A DNA stretch of 63,010 nucleotides, the filler included, from an uncultured bacterium (GTDB taxonomy: Bacteria; CAYJRR01), in NCBI GenBank assembly GCA_964372275.1. It is 12 parts of 12 records of this genome, joined end to end, with 100 filler letters (N's around TTAATTAATTAA, not from the genome) between each part and the next. Parts side by side here need not be neighbours in the genome. Positions count along the whole stretch, not along the records: positions 34,655 to 39,891 come from CAYJRR010000198.1; positions 39,992 to 44,907 come from CAYJRR010000201.1; positions 45,008 to 49,900 come from CAYJRR010000202.1; 9 more parts are not named here. One strand, given 5' to 3'. The notes beneath the pieces were generated by a model, which was not told where the DNA came from, did no database searches, and saw nothing but the letters and a program-made list of their open reading frames with translations. The position numbers and the translations under genes are program-made. Shown here one piece after another: positions 39,347 to 50,000 of the stretch. The stretch's first letter is position 1, and each line of letters starts with the position of its first letter.

Positions 39347-39891
39347 TTATCTCAGCTGGGTGGCCTTCTGGAGCATCTCGTCGGCGGCGTTGATCACCTT
39401 CGAGGTCATCTCGTACGCGCGCTGCGCCATGATCATCGCCACCAGCTCCTCGGCGACGTTGACGTTGCTGTCTTCGAGGAACCCCTGGGCGATCGTGCCC
39501 ATCCCGTCCGCGCCGGCGGCCGATTCGATCGGTTCTCCGGAGGCGGCGGAGACGCCGAGCAGATTGCGGCCCAGCGGCGTCAACGAGCCGGGGTTGGCGA
39601 ATCGGACGAGCGTGAGGCGCCCGATCTCGACCGACGTCCCCGCGGTGCTGGTGGCGATCACCGCGCCGTCCGCCCCGACGGTCAGGTTCTCGGTATCGTT
39701 CGGGATCGTGATTTCCGGGACGATCGGGAAGCCGTCGGAGGTGACGATCTGGCCGTCGGCGTTGCGTCGGAACGAGCCGTCGCGCGTGTATGCGGTGTTC
39801 CCATCGGGGAGACGGACCTGGAAGAAGCCATCCCCTTCGATCGCCAGGTCGAACTCCATTCCCGTCGCCTTCATCGATCCCGGCGTGAAGA
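39347..39891 (-). CDS. flgG: Flagellar distal rod protein, 5' truncated
   Basis: DLAIEGDGFFQV, YTRDGSF, QGFLEDSNVNVAEELV.MI.AQRAYE. Confidence 0.95.
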
Positions 39892-40125
39892 NNNNNNNNN
39901 NNNNNNNNNNNNNNNNNNNNNNNNNNNNNNNNNNNTTAATTAATTAANNNNNNNNNNNNNNNNNNNNNNNNNNNNNNNNNNNNNNNNNNNNGAGGCGATC
40001 GTCGCGAACCGCGCGAGGGGCGTCACGGGCGGCGACTGTACTAAGGATGGGGAGACGATGCGCACCCCCGGGTAGAAAAGGCCTCCCCGGCGCTCCAAAA
40101 ACCCCAGAAAAACCAACGGTTTCAA

Positions 40126-40141
40126 TGGTATGGGCGTTGCA
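40126..40141 (+). promoter_or_regulatory. Sigma54 promoter
   Basis: TGGTAT-GGGCG-TTGCA, preceded by A-tracts at 40075-40112. Confidence 0.7.
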
Positions 40142-40153
40142 ATCGACGGACCC

Positions 40154-43036
40154 ATGTTCCGGACGGCTCGACGTGCGTTCGCAATCGGCTTTGGCCTCGC
40201 GGTGACGGTCGCGGCCTGCGCCCTTCCCGACCGGGACAACGCGACCGACCCCGCCGTCGCCCCGGCGGCGCGGCTGCGCGTCGTCGACCTCACCGACGTC
40301 GGCTGCGCCCCGGCGCTCGTCGGTTCCGCGCTCGAGGTCGTCTCGGCCTCGCGCGGGCGCTGCCTCGCCCTCGACGCCTCGCGCACCACCGATCCGCAAG
40401 GGGACGCGCTCCGCTTCGACTTCGCGCTGCTCGACGACCAGGACGAGCCGATCGTCGAGCTGTCCGGGGACTCCGCGGTGCTCGTCCTCGAGGAGGGGTT
40501 CCGCCGCTCGCAGACGCCGGGGACGCCCCTCCGCTTCCGCGTGACGGCCGTCGATCCGGGCGGCGCCCACTCCCAGGCGCGCGCCTCGCTGACGCTGGTG
40601 AACGGCGCGCCGATCGCCGTCCCTCCTCCGCCGCGTTCGCTTCCGCGCGGCGGCTTCCCCTGGTCGCTCGGGGAGCCGTTTTCGGTGACGTTCGACCCGT
40701 CGGCCTCGTTCGATCCGGACGGCGATCCGCTGACCTACTGCTGGTCGTTCTCCGAGGCGCTGACCGCCGCCACCCAGTGCCCGGCGCAGCCGGAGCGCGT
40801 CTGCAGCGACGATCCGTTCGACCCGGCCTTCACCCGCTGCGTGGAGTCGGACTCCGCGGCGTCGTTCCGCGGGATCGCGGTCCTCGAAGTCGACGACGGC
40901 GATGCCACCTCCGCCTCGCTGCGCAAGCCGACCACCGTCACCGTCGGGGATCCCAACGCGTGGGTCGGCGCCGGGGTCGACATCGGGAACTTCGAGCGGC
41001 TCGACACGCTGCGCACCACCTACGACGCCTTCGGGTCGAACCTCTCCGACGCCGCTGCCATCCGGTTGAACCGCAGTCCAGACCGGGTGGTCGTCGCCTC
41101 GTGGCGTTGGGATGCGGCCGAGATCTTCCTCGCGAGCTGGCCCGCCGGAGAGGTGCTGGACTCGGCGGTCCCCTCCGAAGCGGAGATCGATTCGATGACG
41201 CTGGCGGCGCTTCGCGACGGATCGGGCTTCTGGTCGGCGATCCCGAACGAGGCGACCGGCCGCCTCGACGTGCAGCGCTGGGGGATCGACGCCAGCGGCA
41301 CGAACCTGAACCCGGGACCGACCGCCGACGTGGAGCTCTCCGCATGGGGCCTCTTCGGCGGGGTCTCGCTGGTGACCGACGCCGCCGGAAACGCGTGGGC
41401 CACGGCGATGACCGCGAACGAGCTGTTCGTCGTCGACGCGGAGGACGGCGCGGTCGTTGCGAAGCCGTCTCACGACGGGCGGTTGCTCGTCGGCGCCGCC
41501 GCGCGCCCCGCCTCGGAGGAGGTGTGGGCGGTGGAGGTGCAGGATTGGCTCCATGCCGGGATCGCGCAATCGACGGTCTTGGCGCGCTACTCCGGCCCGG
41601 GCGACGCCGGCGCCGTCTTCGACCTGGGCGATCAGCTCGTCGACGAGATCGCGTGGGTCGATCACGACACCCTGTGGATCGTCACCCCGGACGCCGGGTT
41701 GATCCTGGTGAACGCCACCGAACTGGAGCGCGGCCGCTCGCTGGAGGTGGCGCTCCTGGCGCAGCTTCCCGACACCTTCAACGCCCGCTCGCTGCGCGTC
41801 GATCCGATCGTGGGGACGCTCTGGGCCTCGGACGTCATCAGCCGGGTGAACTACCGCGCGAGGCCCGACGGGAGCCTCACCATCTTCGACTCCATCACCG
41901 ACAAGCTGCCGCAACCGCGATTCGTCGACGACGACGGCGCGCTCTGGTACTTCGATCGGGCGTCGCGGAAGGTGAAGCGGGGACTGAGTCCGGCCGCCGA
42001 CGGGGTCGTCGAGTCGATCCCGGTGCTCGGCGGCTTCAATGCCGCGCTCGACTTCGAAACCGGCGGTCTGTGGGCGCCGATGATCTTCCCGCCAGCGCTG
42101 TTCCGCCTTGCGGAGGACGGTACGGTGACCGACTTCCTGACCGAGGTCCTCTACGCCGGCGAGACCGTCCCGTCGACCTTCCCGACGACCCTCACCTTCC
42201 GGCTCGTCCCTGGCGGAACGATCGCCTGGATCGTTCCCTACGACCTGGAGACGTTCGCGCCGGCCGGCCTGTTCCGCCTCGACTTGTCGCAACGTCCGCC
42301 GGCCGCCGTCCGCGTGCTCGAGGCGGAGACGCTGCTGGCGTTCGCCGCCAACGGCCAGGACATCGTGCTGGAGCCGTCGTCCCCGGCGGCGGAGGAACCG
42401 TTCGTCTGGATCGCGAAGAACGGTCCGGGGGCGCCGGGAAGCGGCGTGCCGGCCCAGGTCTTCACGATGGACGACGCGGGAGGGACGACCTGGCGATTCG
42501 ACGTTCCGGCGAACGAGGTCGTGGTCCCCCCGTTCGGATCGACTCGGTTGGAGATCCGGGCGGCGCGCTCGCTTCGCTCGAACCGCCTCTGTCTCGCGAC
42601 GGTCGAGGACGACGGAGCGTCGAACCGGCGCGTCCATGTGCGTTGGATCTCGCCGGACGACGGCGTTTCCGCGGAGGCGCTCGGGACCTTCGCGCTCCCG
42701 GCGGGCAACGGTTGGAACCTGGAGGGGATCGCCGTCTCGCACGACGCCGATCGCGAGGTCTGCTGGATCGCGCTCTTCGACCAGACCGATCCGCCGAACG
42801 CGACGACCACCTTCCGCGGCTGGGACGGGCCGGGATCGATCTGGAGAACCTTCGTCGAGGCGGGAAACCCCTACGGCTTCTACTCCCCCTCGTCGACGCG
42901 GATCTTCGCGTCGATGAGCCCGCCGGGTGCGAACGACGTCGACGTTCGGGTTCTGCTCGAGGACCTGGGGGAGGGCGTCCGCCGCGAAGCGATGCCCGGC
43001 GAGCGCGCCCGCTTCCTGGCCTACGACGCGCACTGA
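40154..43036 (+). CDS. Large lipoprotein with PKD/Ig-like N-terminal domains and a beta-propeller region
   Basis: Lipobox TVAAC; LDASRTTDPQGDAL, SASFDPDGDPLTYCW; repeated G.LW blades. Confidence 0.75.
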   Translation: MFRTARRAFAIGFGLAVTVAACALPDRDNATDPAVAPAARLRVVDLTDVGCAPALVGSALEVVSASRGRCLALDASRTTDPQGDALRFDFALLDDQDEPIVELSGDSAVLVLEEGFRRSQTPGTPLRFRVTAVDPGGAHSQARASLTLVNGAPIAVPPPPRSLPRGGFPWSLGEPFSVTFDPSASFDPDGDPLTYCWSFSEALTAATQCPAQPERVCSDDPFDPAFTRCVESDSAASFRGIAVLEVDDGDATSASLRKPTTVTVGDPNAWVGAGVDIGNFERLDTLRTTYDAFGSNLSDAAAIRLNRSPDRVVVASWRWDAAEIFLASWPAGEVLDSAVPSEAEIDSMTLAALRDGSGFWSAIPNEATGRLDVQRWGIDASGTNLNPGPTADVELSAWGLFGGVSLVTDAAGNAWATAMTANELFVVDAEDGAVVAKPSHDGRLLVGAAARPASEEVWAVEVQDWLHAGIAQSTVLARYSGPGDAGAVFDLGDQLVDEIAWVDHDTLWIVTPDAGLILVNATELERGRSLEVALLAQLPDTFNARSLRVDPIVGTLWASDVISRVNYRARPDGSLTIFDSITDKLPQPRFVDDDGALWYFDRASRKVKRGLSPAADGVVESIPVLGGFNAALDFETGGLWAPMIFPPALFRLAEDGTVTDFLTEVLYAGETVPSTFPTTLTFRLVPGGTIAWIVPYDLETFAPAGLFRLDLSQRPPAAVRVLEAETLLAFAANGQDIVLEPSSPAAEEPFVWIAKNGPGAPGSGVPAQVFTMDDAGGTTWRFDVPANEVVVPPFGSTRLEIRAARSLRSNRLCLATVEDDGASNRRVHVRWISPDDGVSAEALGTFALPAGNGWNLEGIAVSHDADREVCWIALFDQTDPPNATTTFRGWDGPGSIWRTFVEAGNPYGFYSPSSTRIFASMSPPGANDVDVRVLLEDLGEGVRREAMPGERARFLAYDAH

Positions 43037-43102
43037 CGGGCGCGGGCCGGCGCCGGGGCCGCGGCGCGCCGAACCGCTTGACGCGGTCCGCCTCCGACTG
43101 GC

Positions 43103-44446
43103 ATGACAGCGGCGGGAATGGGCGTGCGGGCACGATCGCCGGCCGACGTGGAGGGCCACGAGCCGTTGCTCCTCCGGCGCGCGCGCGTCCTCGATCCCCG
43201 GTCCGGGACCGACCGCGAGCTCGACCTGCTCCTGCGCGAGGGCCGGATCGCGCGGATGTCGAAGGGGATCGCCGCGCCGGCGAAGGCGAGGGCGATCGAC
43301 GCGCGCGATCTTGTCGTCGTGCCGGGCCTCATCGATCTCCACGCGCACCTGCGTGAGCCGGGGGAGGAGTACAAGGAGGAGATCTCCACGGCGTCGGCCG
43401 CGGCGGCGGCGGGCGGATTCACGGCGGTCTGCGCCATGCCCAACACCAAGCCGACCAACGATTCGCGCGCGGTCACCGAGCTGATCCGCTCCCGCGCGCG
43501 CGAGGTCGGCGGCGTGCGCGTCTACCCGGTCGGCGCCGTCACCCGGGGACTCGAGGGGAAGAGCCTGACCGAGGTCGGCGAGCTCAAGGCGGCCGGCTGC
43601 GTCGCCCTCTCCGACGACGGACGCCCGGTGATGAACGCGCGATTGATGCGCCGCGCGCTGGAGTACGGGCGCACCTTCGGGATGCCGGTGATCCAGCACG
43701 CCGAGGACCTCGACCTCTCCGACGGCGGGGTGATGAACGAAGGGGAGTTCTCGACGCGCGCGGGGCTGAAGGGCCAGCCGGTCGAGGCGGAACAGGTGAT
43801 CGTGGCGCGCGACCTGCGCCTGGTAGAGCGGACCGGCGCCCGCTACCACGTCGCCCACGTCTCGTCGGCCGAATCGGTGGCGATGGTGCGGGAGGCGAAG
43901 CGTCGCGGGCTCCCGGTGACGTGCGAGGTGACGCCACACCACTTGACGCTCACCGACGAGGCCTGCATCGGCTACGACACCTCGACCAAGGTCAATCCGC
44001 CGCTCCGCTCGCGGAGGGACGTCGACGCCATGCGCGTGGGCCTCGCCGACGGGACGATCGACGCCATCGCCACCGACCACGCGCCGCACTCGGTGTTGGA
44101 AAAGGAGGTCGAGTTCGACGGCGCCGCTTTCGGGATGATCGGCTTCGAGACGGCGCTGCCGCTCGCGCTGGAGCTGGTTCGGGCCGGCGTGTTGCCGCTC
44201 GCGACGGCGATCGAACGGATGACCTGGGGGGCGGCGCGGACGCTGGGACTCCCCGGCGGCTTCCTGGAGGAAGGGGCGGTCGCCGACGTCACCGGCATCG
44301 ACCTCGACCGCAGCTGGACCGTCGACCCCAAGAGGCTCCGTTCGAAGAGCCGCAACACGCCGTTCGCCGGGAGGAAGGTGAAGGGGAGGGCGGTTCTGAC
44401 GATCGTGGCTGGCAAGGTGGTGCACGACGAGCGGAGGGGGGCGTAG
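43103..44446 (+). CDS. pyrC: Dihydroorotase (type I)
   Basis: [49 protein letters not shown]; start approximate. Confidence 0.95.
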   Translation: MTAAGMGVRARSPADVEGHEPLLLRRARVLDPRSGTDRELDLLLREGRIARMSKGIAAPAKARAIDARDLVVVPGLIDLHAHLREPGEEYKEEISTASAAAAAGGFTAVCAMPNTKPTNDSRAVTELIRSRAREVGGVRVYPVGAVTRGLEGKSLTEVGELKAAGCVALSDDGRPVMNARLMRRALEYGRTFGMPVIQHAEDLDLSDGGVMNEGEFSTRAGLKGQPVEAEQVIVARDLRLVERTGARYHVAHVSSAESVAMVREAKRRGLPVTCEVTPHHLTLTDEACIGYDTSTKVNPPLRSRRDVDAMRVGLADGTIDAIATDHAPHSVLEKEVEFDGAAFGMIGFETALPLALELVRAGVLPLATAIERMTWGAARTLGLPGGFLEEGAVADVTGIDLDRSWTVDPKRLRSKSRNTPFAGRKVKGRAVLTIVAGKVVHDERRGA

Positions 44447-44907
44447 TGGCCGCCGAGGCGCGGATCCGGGAGCGCGCGGCCGGTTTTGCGCATCGCCACC
44501 TGCTCGGAATCGAGGGTCTGTCGAAGGAGGAGCTGGTCACGATCCTCGATCTGGCCGATCTGTTCGGCGGTGGACCGGAAGGGTGCGCCGTCCGGCTTCC
44601 GCTCCTGCGCGGGAAGACGGTCGTCAACGTCTTTGCCGAGGCGTCGACGCGGACCCGCACCTCGTTCGAGATCGCCGGGAAGAGGCTGTCGGCCGACGTG
44701 ATCAACCTCTCGTTCTCGACCTCCTCCGTGACCAAGGGGGAGACGCTGCTCGACACCGCGAAGAACCTCGACGCCATGCGCCCGGACGTGATCGTCCTGC
44801 GCCACGCCTCGTCGGGCGCGCCGCATGTCGTGGCGCGGCAGGTCGCCGCCGCGGTGGTGAACGCCGGCGACGGGATGCACGAGCACCCGACGCAGGCGCT
44901 GCTCGAC
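44446..44907 (+). CDS. pyrB: Aspartate carbamoyltransferase, 3' truncated
   Basis: [40 protein letters not shown]. Confidence 0.96.
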
Positions 44908-45008
44908 NNNNNNNNNNNNNNNNNNNNNNNNNNNNNNNNNNNNNNNNNNNNTTAATTAATTAANNNNNNNNNNNNNNNNNNNNNNNNNNNNNNNNNNNNN
45001 NNNNNNNG

Positions 45009-45353
45009 GGCGGGATCGCCTCGCCCCTGGCGGACGGCGCGATAGGCACCATAGGCAACCCGCGCACCGAGGACCCGGCGGCGATCGTGCGGGGGATCGT
45101 CGCCGGCTGCGAGGGACGGCGGCTCGACGCGCCGGACGAAGCCCAGCGGGAGAACGGCTGGTGGGTCGAAGTCGACCGGCGGAAGGCGATCTCGCGCGCG
45201 GCGGCGATCGCCGTCCGGGGCGACGTGGTGGTGATCGCCGGGAAGGGCCACGAGGACTACCAGATCGTCGGGCACACCAAGCACCATTTCGACGACCGCG
45301 AGGAGGCGGCGGCCGCGTTCGACGGACCGTGGTCCCGCGGAGGGGAGGCCTGA
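45009..45353 (+). CDS. murE: MurE ligase, C-terminal fragment
   Basis: NPRTEDP, DRRKAI, GDVVVIAGKGHEDYQ, FDDRE. Confidence 0.93.
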   Translation, partial: GGIASPLADGAIGTIGNPRTEDPAAIVRGIVAGCEGRRLDAPDEAQRENGWWVEVDRRKAISRAAAIAVRGDVVVIAGKGHEDYQIVGHTKHHFDDREEAAAAFDGPWSRGGEA

Positions 45354-46795
45354 TGGCCACCTCCACCGCGCGCGCCGGACAGGCGTTCTCGATGCCCGCC
45401 GCCGAGGCTGCCGCGGCCGCCGGCGGGCGGCTGATCGAGCCGGACGGCGGCCGCGCGCCGATCCGCGGAGTTTCGACCGACAGCCGCACGCTCGCCGCCG
45501 GCAACCTCTTCGTCGCGCTCACGGGCGAGCGGTTCGACGGACACGACCACGTCGCGTCCGCGGCTGCGAACGGCGCGTCGGCGGCGCTGGTCTCGACGGC
45601 GCGCGCCGGTTCGCTCCGCGGCGCCGGCGTGCCGTTGATCGCCGTCGACGACCCTCTCCTCGCGCTCGGCCGCCTCGGACGCGCCTGGCGCGATCGCTTC
45701 GACGTCCCGGTGGTGGGGATCACCGGCTCGGCGGGAAAGAGCACCGCCAAGGAGATGACCGCGGCGGTGTTGGGCGGCCTCGGACCGGTGCTCAAGACCG
45801 AGGGGAACCTCAACAACCGGATCGGCGTTCCGCTCACGTTGGCGTCCCTCGACGCGTCGCACCGGGCGGCGGTGGTGGAGATGGGGATCAGCCTTCCCGG
45901 CGAGATGGCGGCCCTCACCGGGATCGTCCGCCCGTCGGTGCGCGTGGTGCTCCTCGCCGGCGCCGCGCACGTCGAGTTCCTGCGCGACGTCGCCGGCGTC
46001 GCCGAGGAGAAGTGCCGGATCTTCGACGGCGCCGCGGAGACCGACTGCCTCGTCTGGAACGACGACGACCCGTTCGTCGCGCCACGGGCCGCGTCCCGCG
46101 CCACGGGACGGCGGTTCCCGTTCGGACGGGGCGCAGGGGCCCGGGTGCGCGCGACGCGCGTGGAGAGCGGCGCGCTCGGTCGGCTCGCCATCACCCTCGC
46201 CCTCGACGGGACCGAGCTCCCGGTGGAGATCCCGGTCTTCGGCGAGCATCACGCCACCAACGCGCTCGCCGCCGCGGCGGTCGGGACGGCGCTCGGGATC
46301 GCGCCCGCCGAGATCGCCTCGGGCCTGGCGAACCGCTTCCGCCCGATGCCGGGGCGCGGCGACGTCCGCCTGCTCGGCGGGGACGTCGTGCTGCTGGACG
46401 ACACCTACAACGCCAACCCGGTGAGCTGCGTTGCGGCGCTCCGGGCGCTGGCCGCGACGCGCGCCGCGGGCCGGCGGCGGGCGCTGGCGGCGCTCGGGGA
46501 CATGCTGGAGCTCGGGGTGGCCGGTCCGTCGGCGCACGCCGGCGTGGGGCGGCTGGCGGGGGAGCTCGGGCTCGACGCCCTGTTCACCGTCGGCGACCTG
46601 TCGGCGCACGCCGCCGACGCCGCCGCTTCGTCCGGGGTCCGCTCCGTCCGACGGTTCCGTGCGCGAAAGGACCTCGCCGAAGGGCTGATCGCGGAGCTCG
46701 CGGCCGGCGACGCCGTCCTGCTCAAGGGATCGCGCGGGTCGAGGATGGACGAGGTGGTGAGCGCGGTCGTCGCGGCGCGGGGGGGCGCGGCCTAG
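45353..46795 (+). CDS. murF: MurF ligase
   Basis: STDSR, GERFDGH, GITGSAGKST.KE, NLNNRIG, DDTYNANP, GDMLELG, KGSRG. Confidence 0.96.
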   Translation: MATSTARAGQAFSMPAAEAAAAAGGRLIEPDGGRAPIRGVSTDSRTLAAGNLFVALTGERFDGHDHVASAAANGASAALVSTARAGSLRGAGVPLIAVDDPLLALGRLGRAWRDRFDVPVVGITGSAGKSTAKEMTAAVLGGLGPVLKTEGNLNNRIGVPLTLASLDASHRAAVVEMGISLPGEMAALTGIVRPSVRVVLLAGAAHVEFLRDVAGVAEEKCRIFDGAAETDCLVWNDDDPFVAPRAASRATGRRFPFGRGAGARVRATRVESGALGRLAITLALDGTELPVEIPVFGEHHATNALAAAAVGTALGIAPAEIASGLANRFRPMPGRGDVRLLGGDVVLLDDTYNANPVSCVAALRALAATRAAGRRRALAALGDMLELGVAGPSAHAGVGRLAGELGLDALFTVGDLSAHAADAAASSGVRSVRRFRARKDLAEGLIAELAAGDAVLLKGSRGSRMDEVVSAVVAARGGAA

Positions 46796-47902
46796 ATGCT
46801 CTACCACCTCCTCCTCTGGCTCCAGACCGAGGCGCCCTCGCTCAAGGTGCTCAACGTCGTCCGCTACCAGACGTTCCGCGCGATGCTCGGGTTCTTCACC
46901 GCGATCGTGGTCGCCTTCGTCATCGGCCCGCCGTTCATCCGCTGGATGCAGAAGAAGCAGTACGGCCAGGCGATCCGCACCGACGGACCGCAGGCGCACC
47001 TCTCCAAGAAGGGGACGCCGACGATGGGCGGGGCGTTCATCCTGGCGGCGATCCTGGCGGGGACGCTCCTCTGGTCGCGGCTCGACCATCCCTACACCTG
47101 GCTGGTGCTGGCGATCACCGTCGGCTACGGGGCGATCGGTTTCGTCGACGACTGGAAGAAGATCCAGTACCGCGACCCGCGCGGGCTGTCCGGCCGCAAG
47201 AAGCTCTTCGCCCAGTTCACGATCGCGGCGGCGGCGCTGATCGCCACCTACGTCTGGGCGCTGCCGACCTTCTCGCCCGGAATGAGTCCGACCGAGCTCC
47301 ACGTCCCGTTCTTCAAGAATTTCCGCCCCGACCTGGGGTGGCTCTACCTGCCGTTCGCGATGCTGGTGATCGTCGGCACCTCCAACGCCGTGAACCTCAC
47401 CGACGGCCTCGACGGGTTGGCGATCGGGCCGACGATGATCGAGGCGGCGACCTTCGGCGTCTTCGCCTACGTCGGCGGCAACGCCGTCTTCGCCGACTAC
47501 CTGAACATCGCCCACGTCCCCTACGCCGGCGAGCTGCTGATCTTCTGCGCGGCGACGATCGGCGCCGGGATGGGGTTCCTCTGGTTCAACACCTACCCGG
47601 CGCAGGTCTTCATGGGGGACGTGGGGGCCCTCGCGCTCGGCGGCGCCCTGGGCGCGATCGCGGTCGTCACCAAGAACGAGCTGATCTCGATCGTGATCGG
47701 CGGGATCTTCGTCGTCGAGGCGCTCTCGGTCATCACCCAGGTGGCGTCGTTCAAGATGACCGGGAAGCGCATCTTCAAGATGGCGCCGATCCACCACCAC
47801 TTCGAGCTCAAGGGCTGGCCCGAGCCGAAGGTGATCGTCCGCTTCTGGATCATCTCCGTCCTGCTCGCCCTGTTCGGCCTCGCGACGTTGAAGCTCCGCT
47901 AG
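46796..47902 (+). CDS. mraY: Phospho-N-acetylmuramoyl-pentapeptide transferase
   Basis: KKGTPTMGG, NAVNLTDGLDGLA, FMGDVG, MAPIHHHFE. Confidence 0.98.
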   Translation: MLYHLLLWLQTEAPSLKVLNVVRYQTFRAMLGFFTAIVVAFVIGPPFIRWMQKKQYGQAIRTDGPQAHLSKKGTPTMGGAFILAAILAGTLLWSRLDHPYTWLVLAITVGYGAIGFVDDWKKIQYRDPRGLSGRKKLFAQFTIAAAALIATYVWALPTFSPGMSPTELHVPFFKNFRPDLGWLYLPFAMLVIVGTSNAVNLTDGLDGLAIGPTMIEAATFGVFAYVGGNAVFADYLNIAHVPYAGELLIFCAATIGAGMGFLWFNTYPAQVFMGDVGALALGGALGAIAVVTKNELISIVIGGIFVVEALSVITQVASFKMTGKRIFKMAPIHHHFELKGWPEPKVIVRFWIISVLLALFGLATLKLR

Positions 47903-47920
47903 GATCCCCTTCTGACCGCG

Positions 47921-49285
47921 ATGGAACTCGCCGGACGCACCGCCCTCGTCGTCGGCCTCGCCAAGAGCGGGGTGGCGGCCGCCATGCTCCTCACGGAGCG
48001 CGGCGCGCGCGTCCGCGCGACCGACGCCAAGGCGGCCGACGCGCTCGGGGACGCCCCCGCGCTCCTGGCCGCGGTCGGCGTCGAGCTCCATCTCGGCGGC
48101 CATCCGCCGGCGGCGCTCGACGGGGTCTCCCTCGTCGTCGCCTCCCCCGGCGTCCCCGAGTCGGCGCCGCCGCTCCGCGAGGCGCGCGCGCGCGGGATCG
48201 AGACGATCGGCGAGCTGGAGCTGGCGTGGCGTTGCCTGCCGCGCGCGGTGCGGGTGGTGGCGATCACCGGCTCCAACGGGAAGTCGACCACCACCACGTT
48301 GGCCGCGCACCTGCTCGCCGCCGGCGGCGTCGACGTCTGGGCCGGCGGGAACCTGGGCGTCCCGCTCTCGGAGCTGTCCCGTCGGCCGGATCCGCCCTCC
48401 GTGGCGGTGGTCGAGGTCTCGAGCTTCCAGCTCGAATCGGCCCCCACCTTCGCCCCGTTCGCCGCGGCGTGGCTGAACGCGAGCCGGAACCATCTCGACC
48501 GCCACCCGTCGTTCGAGGAGTACGTCGCGATCAAGGCGCGGATCTGGCGGAACGCGGGGCCGACGACCTGGACCGTCTTCCATCGGGACGACCCGGCCGT
48601 CTCCTCGCACGCCGCGCGCGCCGGGGGGCGCCACCTGTCGTTCGGCCGCGGGGAGCCTCCGCCCGGCGGCGGCGCCGGCGTCGTCGACTCGTCGGTGGCG
48701 GTGCGCCTGCCCGGCGGAGCGACCGAGCGCTACGGCCTGGACCGATTCCCCGCCCCCGGGGCGCACAACGCGGAGAACGCGGCGGCGGCGATCCTGCTGG
48801 CGCGCGTCGCCGGCGCCGAGCCCTCCGCGGTCGAGCCGGCGCTGGCCTCCTTCCGGCCGCTCGAGCACCGGCTCGAGCGCTGCGGCGAAATCGCGGGGAT
48901 CTCCTTCTTCAACGACTCCAAGGCGACCACCGCGGAGGCGTTGGCGAGAAGCCTCGCCGTCTTCGAACGGAACGTGATCGTCCTCGCCGGCGGGAAGGAC
49001 AAGGGCGGCGCCTTCGCCGAGCTCGCCCCCGTCGTCCGCGGCCGCGTGAAACGGCTCGTCACCTTCGGCGCGGCGCGGGACCGGATCGCCGACGCGCTCG
49101 CCGGGACGACCGACGTGGTGCGGACCGACGACCTGCCGCGCGCCTTCGCCCGCGCGGTCGAGGCGGCGCGCGCCGGCGACGTCGTCCTGTTCTCGCCCGC
49201 CTGCGCCTCCTACGACCAGTTCGCCAACTTCGAGGAGCGCGGGGCCGCGTTCAAGCGCCTCGTCGCGCAGTGGAGGCCCGATTGA
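47921..49285 (+). CDS. murD: MurD ligase
   Basis: GLAKSG, SPGVP, ITGSNGKSTT, EVSSFQL, NDSKAT, SPACASYDQF. Confidence 0.97.
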   Translation: MELAGRTALVVGLAKSGVAAAMLLTERGARVRATDAKAADALGDAPALLAAVGVELHLGGHPPAALDGVSLVVASPGVPESAPPLREARARGIETIGELELAWRCLPRAVRVVAITGSNGKSTTTTLAAHLLAAGGVDVWAGGNLGVPLSELSRRPDPPSVAVVEVSSFQLESAPTFAPFAAAWLNASRNHLDRHPSFEEYVAIKARIWRNAGPTTWTVFHRDDPAVSSHAARAGGRHLSFGRGEPPPGGGAGVVDSSVAVRLPGGATERYGLDRFPAPGAHNAENAAAAILLARVAGAEPSAVEPALASFRPLEHRLERCGEIAGISFFNDSKATTAEALARSLAVFERNVIVLAGGKDKGGAFAELAPVVRGRVKRLVTFGAARDRIADALAGTTDVVRTDDLPRAFARAVEAARAGDVVLFSPACASYDQFANFEERGAAFKRLVAQWRPD

Positions 49286-49900
49286 GCCTTCGCCGCTACG
49301 ACTACCTCCTCTTCCTGCCGGCGTTGACGCTGGCGGTGATCGGGTTGGTGGTCGTCTACAGCGCGAGCTCGACGTTGGCGCGCGAGCGGTTCGGCTCCGA
49401 GTTCTTCTTCCTCGGCCGGCATGCCACCTACTTCGCCGTCGGGATCGTCGCCTGCCTCGCCTTCGCCCACCTTCCCTACACCGTCCTCGCCAAGCTGACG
49501 CCGCTCGCCGTCTGCGGGGCGATCCTCCTCCTGCTGCTGGCGTTCGTCCCCGGCATCGCCGTCACGCGCGGAGGGGCCACCCGCTGGATCGCGCTGGGTC
49601 CGGTCACCTTCCAGCCCGCCGAGGCGGCGAAGGTGGCGCTCGTCCTCTACCTGGCGCGCTACGTCTCGCGGGAGCGGAACCTGACCGACTTCCGCGAAGC
49701 GTTCGTAAAGCCGGCCCTCTTCGCGACGCTCCTGATCGCCCCCATCCTGGTGCAGCCCGACTTCGGCACCACGGTGCTGATGGGGGCGACCTTCCTGGCG
49801 ATGATCTTCGTCTCCGGCAGCCGGCTCCTGCACACCGCCGCGGTGATGGTGGTGGGACTCGCGCTCGGGTACTGGCAGATGATGGGGAGCGATTACCGCC
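49282..49900 (+). CDS. ftsW: Peptidoglycan polymerase FtsW, 3' truncated
   Basis: GLVVVYSAS, GATRWI, FQPAE.AK, QPDFGT. Confidence 0.95.
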
Positions 49901-50000
49901 NNNNNNNNNNNNNNNNNNNNNNNNNNNNNNNNNNNNNNNNNNNNTTAATTAATTAANNNNNNNNNNNNNNNNNNNNNNNNNNNNNNNNNNNNNNNNNNNN

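Noticed and set aside
45008-45065. MurE substrate motif reads GNPR instead of DNPR, suggesting altered peptidoglycan specificity
   Set aside because: Lies in the first 60 nt of a contig where neighbouring codons also deviate (rare ATA codons); most likely low-quality end sequence
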